This document shows positions 36,776 to 45,621 of a stretch of DNA of 64,000 nucleotides, in pieces. Source of the DNA: an uncultured Candidatus Saccharibacteria bacterium (GTDB lineage Bacteria; Patescibacteriota; Saccharimonadia; Saccharimonadales; AWTP1-31); contig CAZXTE010000001.1 in the NCBI GenBank assembly GCA_964643545.1, forward strand, positions 85,839 through 149,838, in the 5' to 3' direction. Position 1 is the stretch's first letter; each line of letters begins with the position of its first letter. The position numbers and the translations under genes were made by a program. A model generated the notes under the pieces. That model saw only the letters and a list, made by a program, of their open reading frames with translations. It made no database searches and was not told the DNA's origin.

Positions 36776-37136
36776 CTGTCTTCTTTGTCGCAGCAGATTT
36801 CTTCGCAACAGGTTTTTTGGGCGCGACCTTCTTTGCGGCCGTTTTCTTTGCCGCTGGTTTTGCAACTGCTTTTTTGACAGTACTGCCAGTCTTAACGCCT
36901 GCAGCTTTTGCTCGTGCTGCAATTTGTCGTTGCTTTCGAGCGGCTTTATTCTTGTGCATAATGCCTTTTTTTGCAGCCTTATCGATCTCACTTTGTGCTT
37001 TACGCGCGGTGTCTGTCTTCGCGCTTGTAACGAATGCCTTTAGTGCTGTTTTTAAGGTACGCTTTGTCTTGCTGTTGCGTACGGCAGCACGCTTGGCAAC
37101 GCGAACTCGTTTTTTAGCTGATTTGATGATTGGCAT
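36765..37136 (-). CDS. rpsT: 30S ribosomal protein S20 with a Lys/Ala/Pro-rich C-terminal extension
   Basis: MPIIKSAKKRVRVAKRAAVRNSKTKRTLKTALKAF..., then about 45 aa of AKKPAAKKTAAKK-type tail. Convergent 11-nt overlap with holA. Confidence 0.92.
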   Translation of the reverse strand: MPIIKSAKKRVRVAKRAAVRNSKTKRTLKTALKAFVTSAKTDTARKAQSEIDKAAKKGIMHKNKAARKQRQIAARAKAAGVKTGSTVKKAVAKPAAKKTAAKKVAPKKPVAKKSAATKKTAKK

Positions 37137-37182
37137 AGTGAGGGGTTCCTTGCTTAGTAGTTGATATGGTTATCGACCAACG

Positions 37183-37211
37183 ACTATAACAAATTTCTTA
37201 TCTGTTTGCAA
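37183..37211 (-). promoter_or_regulatory. sigma70-type promoter of rpsT
   Basis: On the minus strand: TTGCAA (37211..37206), 17 nt, TATAGT (37188..37183). Confidence 0.6.
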
Positions 37212-37306
37212 AGAGTTACAAGATAATGCAAGAAGAGTAGGGGTAAAGTAATGGACAGATCAAAATGATTATGGTAGTCTAGCCTCAAGCGGAATAAAAT
37301 AAAAAC

Positions 37307-39064
37307 ATGAACCCACAGCAACCATACGTGCCACCGACAACACCACCGCCAGCGGGCCAACCAAACCCGATGGCACAGCAGCCAATGTACCAACCTCCGG
37401 CATACCAACCGGCTCCTACGCCACCGATAGCGCCGGCGTATAATCCAGCCCCTGCTGGGTCGCCAATGGCTGCACCAGCATTCCCGGGCCCTCAGCCCCC
37501 ACAGCCTGCGCCACTAGCTAATGTAAAGCAGGAGGTAACACAACGACTGCAGCAAGCTAACAACGTTCTCGTAACGGTTAGCAATAACCCCTCGGTAGAC
37601 CAGTTGGCTTCTGCAATTGCGCTGACATTACTCCTAAACAAGCTCGATAAGCACGCCACCGCAGTTTTTAGCGGTGAAGTACCAAATACAATTGAGTTTT
37701 TGCAGCCAGAGAAGACGATAGAAAAAACAACAGACAGTCTGCGAGATTTCATCATAGCTCTCGATAAATCAAAAGCAGACAAGTTACGTTATAAGGTTGA
37801 AGATAAGTACGTAAAAATCTTTATTACCCCGTATCACACGAGTCTTAACGAAGATGATCTCGAATTTAGTCAGGGTGATTTTAATGTAGATGTAGTTATC
37901 GCACTTGGTGTTCATCACAAAGAAGAGCTCGACAACGCAATTACAGCGCACGGTAGGATCTTGCATGACGCTGTGGTTATCAGTGTGAACAACAAACAAA
38001 CAGCAGACCTGGGGAGTATTAATTGGTACGAGCCTACGGCGAGTAGCCTCAGCGAGATGCTGGTCAGTGTTGTTGAGCCTCTTCAAGGCAAGAAGATATT
38101 GCTCGATGGGCAAATTGCGACGTCTTTCTTGACAGGTATTGTTGCAGAGACCGATCGATTTAGTAACGATAAAACTACTCCGCACACAATGAATGTCTCA
38201 GCTACGCTTATGAAAGCGGGCGCAAACCAACAACTCATAGCGAGTAAACTGGAAGAACCCGAGCCAATCCCAGAGCTAGAGAAAACACCCGAACAGCAAG
38301 CGCCAGCGAAGTCTGCGCAATCTGGTGCAAATGTGCCATTACCAACCCCTGTTACAAGTGCAGACGGTTCTCTGGCTATAGAGCATCCTGTTGAAGCTGG
38401 TAATACGAAAACACTGGCGGATCTAGAAGAAGCCCTTGCCCAAGATAATGCCAATGTCGAGAACGAAGAAGACGATCTAGACAAAATACACATAGATGAC
38501 AATGGTCGATTACAGCGCCTTGCCGAGCTGCGGGAACAGCAAGAACGAGCGGCACGCGAGGCAGCAACGAATCAATTCCCAGAGCATAGCTCTAATATGA
38601 TTTTGGAGCCCCCAACGTTGGGCGGTGAACTAAGTGCAAATACCAAAACTGCTGTAGCACCACCATCGTATGACCCATTGAGTCAGCCCGTCTCATCAGA
38701 AGTCGGTAGTATGCAGCACTCAAAGCCACTTCAGCCTCTAAATCAGCCCATCGCTACACCTGAGGATGCTCCTCAGACGCTAGATCAGATAGAGCGGGCC
38801 GTCAAAAGCCCACATCTTAGTGAGCAAGATGCCCGCGAGCAGGTATCTTCAATTGAAAACCAGATTACTCAGCAGAGACCAGAGCCAATAGCAGCGCTTA
38901 ATGCGCAGCCCCTTGGTGATATCAGGAGCGACTCTGCAGATGCAACCTCTTCAAAACTAGTGCCGCCAGACAATGGTCCTCCACCCGATCCAACCGCTGC
39001 AAGCCACAGCCCTACCGCACCCCCGCCGGTACCTCCACCACTGATGCCCCCAGCAGGGAAATAA
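37307..39064 (+). CDS. hypothetical protein: Pro-rich N-terminus, DHH/NrnA-like core lacking catalytic motifs, long disordered C-terminus
   Basis: 585 aa. IATSFLTGIVAETDRFSN matches the DHHA1-proximal GIxTDTGxF block and ASSLSEMLVSVV matches the aSTsEiv block. The DHH position reads VNNKQ and the DxD position reads NNPSVDQLAS. Confidence 0.7.
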   Translation: MNPQQPYVPPTTPPPAGQPNPMAQQPMYQPPAYQPAPTPPIAPAYNPAPAGSPMAAPAFPGPQPPQPAPLANVKQEVTQRLQQANNVLVTVSNNPSVDQLASAIALTLLLNKLDKHATAVFSGEVPNTIEFLQPEKTIEKTTDSLRDFIIALDKSKADKLRYKVEDKYVKIFITPYHTSLNEDDLEFSQGDFNVDVVIALGVHHKEELDNAITAHGRILHDAVVISVNNKQTADLGSINWYEPTASSLSEMLVSVVEPLQGKKILLDGQIATSFLTGIVAETDRFSNDKTTPHTMNVSATLMKAGANQQLIASKLEEPEPIPELEKTPEQQAPAKSAQSGANVPLPTPVTSADGSLAIEHPVEAGNTKTLADLEEALAQDNANVENEEDDLDKIHIDDNGRLQRLAELREQQERAAREAATNQFPEHSSNMILEPPTLGGELSANTKTAVAPPSYDPLSQPVSSEVGSMQHSKPLQPLNQPIATPEDAPQTLDQIERAVKSPHLSEQDAREQVSSIENQITQQRPEPIAALNAQPLGDIRSDSADATSSKLVPPDNGPPPDPTAASHSPTAPPPVPPPLMPPAGK

Positions 39065-39106
39065 TCGCACCCAAACCTGGTGTGGTCGTGTGTTACGCTG
39101 TTTGAC

Positions 39107-39769
39107 ATGGACGAAGTGGTACTCATAGACAAGCCAAAAACATGGACATCTTTTGATGTTGTGGCTAAAATTCGATCAAAATTACGGCAGGAAACGGGTC
39201 AGAAAGTTAAAGTTGGCCATGCGGGCACGCTTGATCCACTTGCGACCGGCTTGCTTATCATCCTCGTTGGCGCAGCAACCAAGCGCCAAGATGAATTTAT
39301 GAAGCTCGATAAAGTCTATGAAGTTTCTATGAAGTTAGGGCAAACCAGTACAACAGCAGATGAAGAGGGTCAGAAAACATACGTCTCCGACGAGAAGCCA
39401 ACAGTTACGGAGATAAAAAAATCCGTCGAGCATTTTGTTGGTGACATAGAACAAGTCCCGCCGATTTATTCTGCCATCAAGGTAAACGGACAGCGGGCGT
39501 ATAAGCTTGCACGGCAAGGCAAGACCCTAGAGCTTGAGCCCCGGAAAGTCACGATTTATTCCATTGATAATCTGGAGTATGACTACCCGAACGTTACGTT
39601 CTCGGCGCATGTATCGAGTGGCACCTACATTCGTTCATTGGTACAAGATATAGGCCAAAAGCTTGGTGTTGGTGCATACATGACAGACTTACGACGCGTG
39701 CGTATTGGCGATTACTCTATAGACAATGCAGGGATGGTTGAAGCCCCAAAAAAAACGGCAGAGCAATAG
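39107..39769 (+). CDS. truB: tRNA pseudouridine(55) synthase
   Basis: Start chosen at ATG 39107. GHAGTLDPLATGLL catalytic Asp motif. Confidence 0.92.
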   Translation: MDEVVLIDKPKTWTSFDVVAKIRSKLRQETGQKVKVGHAGTLDPLATGLLIILVGAATKRQDEFMKLDKVYEVSMKLGQTSTTADEEGQKTYVSDEKPTVTEIKKSVEHFVGDIEQVPPIYSAIKVNGQRAYKLARQGKTLELEPRKVTIYSIDNLEYDYPNVTFSAHVSSGTYIRSLVQDIGQKLGVGAYMTDLRRVRIGDYSIDNAGMVEAPKKTAEQ

Positions 39770-39812
39770 GGGTTGCAGATTCTGCTCGTATCTGATACAA
39801 TCTGCCTAACAT

Positions 39813-40079
39813 ATGATCAGTACAGAGAAAAAACAGGTAGTTATTACAAGCCTGCAAACAGATAAAAAGGACACTGGCAGCAGCGCTGTCCAGGTTGGTA
39901 TTTTGACTGAGCGGATTAAGGAATTAACCGAGCATCTTAAGACCAACAAAAAAGATTTTGCAGCCCGACGTGGTTTGCTGCAGATGGTTGGCAAACGCCG
40001 CCGTTTGCTCCGATACATTGCCGATCACGATAGCCAAGCATACCTGGACTTGATCCAGAAGCTCGGCATCCGTCGCTAA
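39813..40079 (+). CDS. rpsO: 30S ribosomal protein S15
   Basis: TGSSAVQVGILTERIKELTEHLKTNKKDFAARRGLLQMVGKRRRLLRY. Confidence 0.96.
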   Translation: MISTEKKQVVITSLQTDKKDTGSSAVQVGILTERIKELTEHLKTNKKDFAARRGLLQMVGKRRRLLRYIADHDSQAYLDLIQKLGIRR

Positions 40080-40248
40080 ACGAGTGCATAGACTCAATTG
40101 CTCTAAAGAAGAGCAACAAAGCTTGTGCACATTAAATAAAAGAGGCGTATTCGCGCATAGAGCAACAGATATACATGCTTGAGATATAGCACAAGAGCAG
40201 CAGTATATTTGCACTCTGTGGGCGAACCCTTGAAAGGAACAATAGACT
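40080..40248 (+). promoter_or_regulatory. structured rpsO-pnp intergenic leader
   Basis: Nested helices: GAGTGCA (40082..40088) / TGCACTC (40210..40216); CTTGTGC (40122..40128) / GCACAAG (40189..40195); local hairpin TTGCTCT (40098..40104) / AGAGCAA (40110..40116). A second AGAGCAACA copy lies near 40160. Confidence 0.5.
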
Positions 40249-42393
40249 ATGGGAAGCACCATAAATCCGTTCGGGAAAGACATTATAAAAGTAGAAACAG
40301 AATTCTGTGGGCGAACCCTGAGTTTAGAGGTTGGCCGAGTTGGTTTTCGAACCAGCGCAAGCGTCCTCGTTCGTTACGGCGAAACGGTAGTGCTAGGCAC
40401 TGCAATGGTTGGTCAGAGCCCCCTAGAAGGGTTTGATTATTTTCCACTATCTATAGATTACGAAGAAAAAATGTATGCAGCAGGAAAAATTAGCGGTAGT
40501 AGATTTATTAAAAGAGAGGGTCGACCAAGCGATGACGCCATTTTAATTGGCCGTCTTATCGACCGACCAATTCGTCCGTTATGGCCAAAAGGCTACCGAC
40601 ACGAAGTGCAAGGTGTTGCAACTGTTCTGAGCATGGACCCAACCTTCCGCCCAGACATGATTGCTATGCTTGCTATGAGTACTGCATTTATGTTGACCGG
40701 CGCACCATTTGAGGGGCCAATCGCAGGTGTTCGTGTTGCTCTTGAAGACGGTAAACTCGTTGCGTTTGCGTCTCCTGAACTGTACGACCAAGGTGATCTT
40801 GATCTTGTTGTAGCTGGTACAGAAGAAGCGATTATGATGGTAGAAGCTGGTGCAAACGAAGTGAGTGAAGCTCAAATTGCCGAAGGCTTAGAGTTTGCAC
40901 ACAAAGCCATCCAGCCAGCCGTAAAACTGCAGAAAGAACTTGTCAAAAAAGTAGGCGTCACAAAACAAGAGTTCGTGTTGTCTCTGCCGGATACCGACAT
41001 TCAGCAGCGCGTTGACTCGTGGCTCGAAGGCAAACTCGGCACAGGACTCCGCCTGCCATACCCAGAGCGTAACGATTTGGTGAAGAACTTACGTCAGGAT
41101 ATGCATGCGCATTTTCAAGAAGAGTTTGGCGACGATTTCGCTGGACTCAAGCGAGAGTACGATGATGCATTTCAGATGAGCCTACACAAAGATGTCCGCA
41201 AGGGGATTATAGAAGATAATGTTCGACCCGATGGTCGTAAGACGACGGAAATTCGTCCGCTTAGTAGCGAAGTTGGTCTTTTGCCGCGTGCGCATGGTTC
41301 GAGCATATTTACTCGTGGTATGACGCAGGCAATGAACATTGTTACTCTCGCACCACTTAGCTATGCACAGATGATTGACACCATGGAGCGCGACATGGAA
41401 AAGCGCTACATGCACCACTACAATGCTCCTGGCTATACCGTTGGTGAAGTTCGCCGACTTGGTAGCCCAGGCCGCCGCGAAATTGGCCACAGTGCCTTGG
41501 CAGAACGAGCATTGCTGCCCGTTATTCCAAGTGAAGCAGACTTTCCGTATGCTATCCGTTCTGTTACCGAAATCATGAGCCAGAACGGCAGTACCAGCAT
41601 GGCCGCTACCTGCAGTAGCTGTCTTGCGCTCATGGATGCTGGCGTACCACTACTTCGACCAGTAAGTGGTATTGCCATGGGCTTGATGCTCGATGGCGAT
41701 AAGCCAATTATCCTCAGCGATATTGCTGACGCCGAAGACTTTGCAGGCGACATGGACTTTAAGGTTACTGGAACAGAAAAAGGCATCACAGCCTTGCAGA
41801 TGGACATGAAGGTTCACGGCTTACCAGTACCTGTGCTCGCAAAAGCACTCGAGCAAGGAAAGCAAGGACGTATGGAAATCCTAGAGCACATGACTTCAGT
41901 TATGAAAGCGCCACGTGACACAATGAGCAAGTACGCACCACGAGTAGAATCCATCAAGATCAACCCGGACAAGATACGAGAAGTTATCGGTAAGGGTGGT
42001 GAGACCATTCAGAAGATAACAGGTGAAACAGGCGCCGAGATAGACATTAAAGACGATGGAACCATCATGATTGCCAGCCCAGATGGTGCTAGCATCGATG
42101 CAGCAAAGCAGTGGATTCAGACTATCGTTGCCGAACCAGAAATAGGCAAGATCTACAAAGACGCTCCCGTTGTTAGTGTTATGGACTTTGGTGCATTCGT
42201 GCAAGTGATGCCAGGCAAAGATGGTCTTGTTCACGTGAGCGAAATGAGCGAAGAGCGGGTAAACAAGCCGAGCGATGTCGTAAAAGAAGGTGACAAAGTC
42301 ACTGTAAAATTAGTTGCGATAGACGATCGTGGCCGCCTACAATTAAGTATGAAAGCTGCACAGAGGGAATTGAAAGATGGGAAGAATAAATAA
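40249..42393 (+). CDS. pnp: polyribonucleotide nucleotidyltransferase (PNPase)
   Basis: 714 aa. Two RNase PH domains, a KH domain (IGKGGETIQKI) and an S1 domain (GAFVQVMPGKDGLVHVSEM). Confidence 0.97.
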   Translation: MGSTINPFGKDIIKVETEFCGRTLSLEVGRVGFRTSASVLVRYGETVVLGTAMVGQSPLEGFDYFPLSIDYEEKMYAAGKISGSRFIKREGRPSDDAILIGRLIDRPIRPLWPKGYRHEVQGVATVLSMDPTFRPDMIAMLAMSTAFMLTGAPFEGPIAGVRVALEDGKLVAFASPELYDQGDLDLVVAGTEEAIMMVEAGANEVSEAQIAEGLEFAHKAIQPAVKLQKELVKKVGVTKQEFVLSLPDTDIQQRVDSWLEGKLGTGLRLPYPERNDLVKNLRQDMHAHFQEEFGDDFAGLKREYDDAFQMSLHKDVRKGIIEDNVRPDGRKTTEIRPLSSEVGLLPRAHGSSIFTRGMTQAMNIVTLAPLSYAQMIDTMERDMEKRYMHHYNAPGYTVGEVRRLGSPGRREIGHSALAERALLPVIPSEADFPYAIRSVTEIMSQNGSTSMAATCSSCLALMDAGVPLLRPVSGIAMGLMLDGDKPIILSDIADAEDFAGDMDFKVTGTEKGITALQMDMKVHGLPVPVLAKALEQGKQGRMEILEHMTSVMKAPRDTMSKYAPRVESIKINPDKIREVIGKGGETIQKITGETGAEIDIKDDGTIMIASPDGASIDAAKQWIQTIVAEPEIGKIYKDAPVVSVMDFGAFVQVMPGKDGLVHVSEMSEERVNKPSDVVKEGDKVTVKLVAIDDRGRLQLSMKAAQRELKDGKNK

Positions 42394-42574
42394 TCTGTTC
42401 AATCCAAAGAACCGTTCAGGCCAAGCTTGGTTGGGCATTGCGTTTCTAGTACTAACGTACGTTCTGGGTTCTAAGGGGCTCGACACGGGAAGTTGGTGGT
42501 ATTACGGCACAACGTTTCTGAGCCTTGCCCTTGCTATAAAGTTCCTGCACAAAGCCCTCCGTCCAAAAAAGTAA
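42377..42574 (+). CDS. hypothetical small two-TM membrane protein
   Basis: 65 aa. Overlaps the pnp 3' end by 17 nt. Two hydrophobic segments. Confidence 0.45.
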   Translation: MGRINNLFNPKNRSGQAWLGIAFLVLTYVLGSKGLDTGSWWYYGTTFLSLALAIKFLHKALRPKK

Positions 42575-42578
42575 TTCT

Positions 42579-43178
42579 ATGTCACAAACAAAACAGCAAC
42601 AACTTGATGGTATACAGCAGCAGATTCTAGATGATGGTGTGTGTCCAGAGCTAGCCAATCAGGCTACTCAGCTGGTCTTTGCTGATGGTAGTGCCGATGC
42701 AAAGATTTTGTTCATCGGCGAAGCCCCCGGCAAGAACGAAGACCTGCAGGGCAAACCATTTGTGGGGGCAGCGGGTAAATTTTTGGATGAAATGCTTGCC
42801 ATGATAAACCTAAAACGCGAGGATATATACATAACAAATATTGTTAAATATCGCCCACCAAATAATCGGGATCCATCACCAGAAGAAAAACAAGCATTCT
42901 TGCCATACTTGGTGCGTCAACTCGAAGTCATACAACCTGTGGTTGTTGTGACTTTGGGCCGGCACAGCATGGAGGCATTCTTGCCAGAGCAAAAAATTAG
43001 TCAGATTCATGGCGAGCCAAAACGCATTGCGTTTCTTGGTCAAAAGATAGTCATCTTGCCATTGTTTCATCCAGCGGCAGCACTCTATAACGGTGCAATG
43101 CGTCAGCCGTTGATAGATGACTTTGCTCGAATCCCCGTTGTGCTCAAGCAATTAGAAAAACAATCTCTCACTAAATAA
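42579..43178 (+). CDS. uracil-DNA glycosylase, family 4
   Basis: GEAPGKNEDLQGKPFVGAAGKFL and HPAAALYN motifs. Confidence 0.88.
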   Translation: MSQTKQQQLDGIQQQILDDGVCPELANQATQLVFADGSADAKILFIGEAPGKNEDLQGKPFVGAAGKFLDEMLAMINLKREDIYITNIVKYRPPNNRDPSPEEKQAFLPYLVRQLEVIQPVVVVTLGRHSMEAFLPEQKISQIHGEPKRIAFLGQKIVILPLFHPAAALYNGAMRQPLIDDFARIPVVLKQLEKQSLTK

Positions 43179-43190
43179 GAAAGGAAGAGA

Positions 43191-45245
43191 ATGAACGAAA
43201 ATAACAAACCTAACAGAAATCGGCCAAGACCGGCCGGTCAAAATAAACCAAACCAACCAAAGCTACAGCCAGTAGCAAACGGTGGCCGAAGTGTTTCGCG
43301 TGGCGCAGCAATGCGTGCCCAGCGCCGCACACAAGAAGACGCGCATCGCATCGCAAACCAATACCTCGACGCAGGTAGTAAGAACCAGCCCGAAAGACGA
43401 GCTAACTTTATTGATGATCAGCCACGACTCAAGATCGTTGGACTGGGCGGTATGGACGGCGGTGGCTCTAAGAACATGCTCGTAGTTGAATATATGAATG
43501 ATGCAATAATAATGGACTGCGGAAATGATCTTGGTGTTGATCTACCAGGCATTAACTACGCAATCGCCGATACGACGTATCTAGAAACAATCCGTAACAA
43601 AATACGTGCCTATGTAATTACGCACGGTCACTTAGACCACATTGGTGGCTTGCCACACATTGTGCCCAAGTTCCCAGCACCAATTTATGGTTCCAAATTT
43701 ACCATTGGTCGCGTAGAGGAAATCTTTGGTAACTTCGGTTTGCCAATGCCTGACGGCTTCGAGCTAAAGACCGTCATGATGAACGAGAATACTCACGAAC
43801 GCCTCAAAATAGGGAGCTTCTTTGTAGAGCTTGTGCGTGTGACACACTCTATACCAGGAAGTACCTGTATTGTGCTCGATACACCCGTTGGTCGTCTGAT
43901 CAACACCGGTGACTTCCGGCTAGATCCTAACCCACTCGATCACGAAAGAACCGATGCCGAACGTCTAACTCAACTTGGTGAAGAGGGTGTATTAGCACTC
44001 CTGAGCGAAAGCACTACGACTGAACGACCAGGTCGAACACCAAGTGAAAGCACCATCGAACAGAGCTTTGTAGATATTATGCAACAAGCTCCAGGACGCA
44101 TCTTTGTCGGATTGTTCTCGACCAATATGAACCGTGTCCAGATGATCATTAACGCAGCTGTCCAGAATGGCCGAAAAGTTGCCATGGATGGCCGAAGCAT
44201 GGTGAGTACGCTCGAGATGGCAGTTCGCCATGGATTTGTGCGTATTCCAAAGGGTACTTTTGTGCCTATCGCCTCTGCGGCAACTATGAAAGATACTGAG
44301 CTCGTTGTTGTCTGTACTGGTTCGCAGGGTGAGCCAAACTCGGCATTACAACGAATGAGTAATGGCGAACACAAGTACGTTAAGCTAAAAGAACAAGACA
44401 CCGTTATTCTTTCTAGCACACCTATACCGTACTCGGGCAATGACTCGCTGGTACGATCGATGGTGGACGAACTATTCCGCAAGGGCGTTCATGTGTTCCG
44501 ACACGAAACGCGAGAGATAGATGGTTGTGGACCGCTGCACGTTTCTGGGCATGCCAGTATCGAAGAGTATAAAGATATGATTCGCATGACACGTCCGAAA
44601 TTCTTCATCCCAATTTATGGCGACTATACAGGGAAGCGTCAACATATCGAACTGGCTGTCGAAGAGGGTATTCCACGCAAAGACACCGCCAATGTTAATA
44701 ATGGCGAGATCATTGCGCTCACAGCAGACAAAATGGAGATTATCGGCAATGTGCCCCATGGCACCGTATTGGTAGATCAAACGGGCGCCACGGTCAGCAA
44801 CATTGTTGTCAAAGATCGTCTCATGCTTGCAGAAGAAGGCCTGGTGGCAGTCATTCTAACAATCGACAAGCGTGGTGGTGTATTACTAACCAGCCCAGAC
44901 ATCATAAGCAGGGGCTTCATCTATATGCGCGATAACGAGGAACTCATGAATGTGTTCCGTGCAGAGCTGCGGCGTGCGGTGTCCCAGCGGTTCAAGCGTG
45001 TAGACCTTGACCGATTCAAACAAGAGATAAAAGAGCATGTTACGCACTTTCTGTTTGAGCAAACGGGCCGCAGCCCAATAGTAATCCCGGTCGTTAACAT
45101 TGTTGGCGCAAAGAACGAAAAGCCACAAGCATCGAACGACAAACAACAGGGTAAAAAACTCGCTCAAGAACCACCCGAAGATATGCAGAAGCGCTTTGCG
45201 CAAATGCGTGCCCAACTTCTTGGTCAAGACTCTCGCACAGATTAA
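43191..45245 (+). CDS. rnj: ribonuclease J with basic N-terminal extension
   Basis: 684 aa. The metallo-beta-lactamase motif is ITHGHLDHIGG, with beta-CASP and C-terminal domains. The first 70 aa or so are Arg/Lys/Asn/Pro-rich. Confidence 0.93.
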   Translation: MNENNKPNRNRPRPAGQNKPNQPKLQPVANGGRSVSRGAAMRAQRRTQEDAHRIANQYLDAGSKNQPERRANFIDDQPRLKIVGLGGMDGGGSKNMLVVEYMNDAIIMDCGNDLGVDLPGINYAIADTTYLETIRNKIRAYVITHGHLDHIGGLPHIVPKFPAPIYGSKFTIGRVEEIFGNFGLPMPDGFELKTVMMNENTHERLKIGSFFVELVRVTHSIPGSTCIVLDTPVGRLINTGDFRLDPNPLDHERTDAERLTQLGEEGVLALLSESTTTERPGRTPSESTIEQSFVDIMQQAPGRIFVGLFSTNMNRVQMIINAAVQNGRKVAMDGRSMVSTLEMAVRHGFVRIPKGTFVPIASAATMKDTELVVVCTGSQGEPNSALQRMSNGEHKYVKLKEQDTVILSSTPIPYSGNDSLVRSMVDELFRKGVHVFRHETREIDGCGPLHVSGHASIEEYKDMIRMTRPKFFIPIYGDYTGKRQHIELAVEEGIPRKDTANVNNGEIIALTADKMEIIGNVPHGTVLVDQTGATVSNIVVKDRLMLAEEGLVAVILTIDKRGGVLLTSPDIISRGFIYMRDNEELMNVFRAELRRAVSQRFKRVDLDRFKQEIKEHVTHFLFEQTGRSPIVIPVVNIVGAKNEKPQASNDKQQGKKLAQEPPEDMQKRFAQMRAQLLGQDSRTD

Positions 45246-45254
45246 GCATAAGCA

Positions 45255-45283
45255 TTGACAAACGTTGTATTTTTTGCTATAGT
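45255..45283 (+). promoter_or_regulatory. consensus sigma70 promoter positioned for a leaderless transcript
   Basis: TTGACA (45255..45260), 17 nt, TATAGT (45278..45283). ATG 45290 is 6 nt downstream of the -10. Confidence 0.65.
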
Positions 45284-45289
45284 AGGAAC

Positions 45290-45589
45290 ATGAACGAAGC
45301 AGGCCACACCCAAGAACCGGTTCGGATAGGCGAAGTTTTACCTGACGCGTTTGGCAGGCTTGTGTCTGATGCCCCTGAAGATACTGAGAGACACAGAGCG
45401 ACGACGGCAACAGATTTTAAGCACGAGATCCAAGGGCACGAAGGTGATATGGCCAATCTCGTAGAAGAGATAGAACTCCACCCGGGACGTCCAGAGCTTA
45501 AAGTGGCGCTGGATGCGGCAAAGATGGAGCACCTAAGGGCTGTAGCAGACAGAGCCGAGAACCTAGGCCAGAGTAATTCAAGGCAGTAA
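45290..45589 (+). CDS. hypothetical protein (99 aa), probably leaderless
   Basis: The ORF begins at the predicted transcription start of the consensus promoter. No family recognised. Confidence 0.6.
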   Translation: MNEAGHTQEPVRIGEVLPDAFGRLVSDAPEDTERHRATTATDFKHEIQGHEGDMANLVEEIELHPGRPELKVALDAAKMEHLRAVADRAENLGQSNSRQ

Positions 45590-45621
45590 CATTAACCGGG
45601 TGCTATAATTAACGGACTGAT

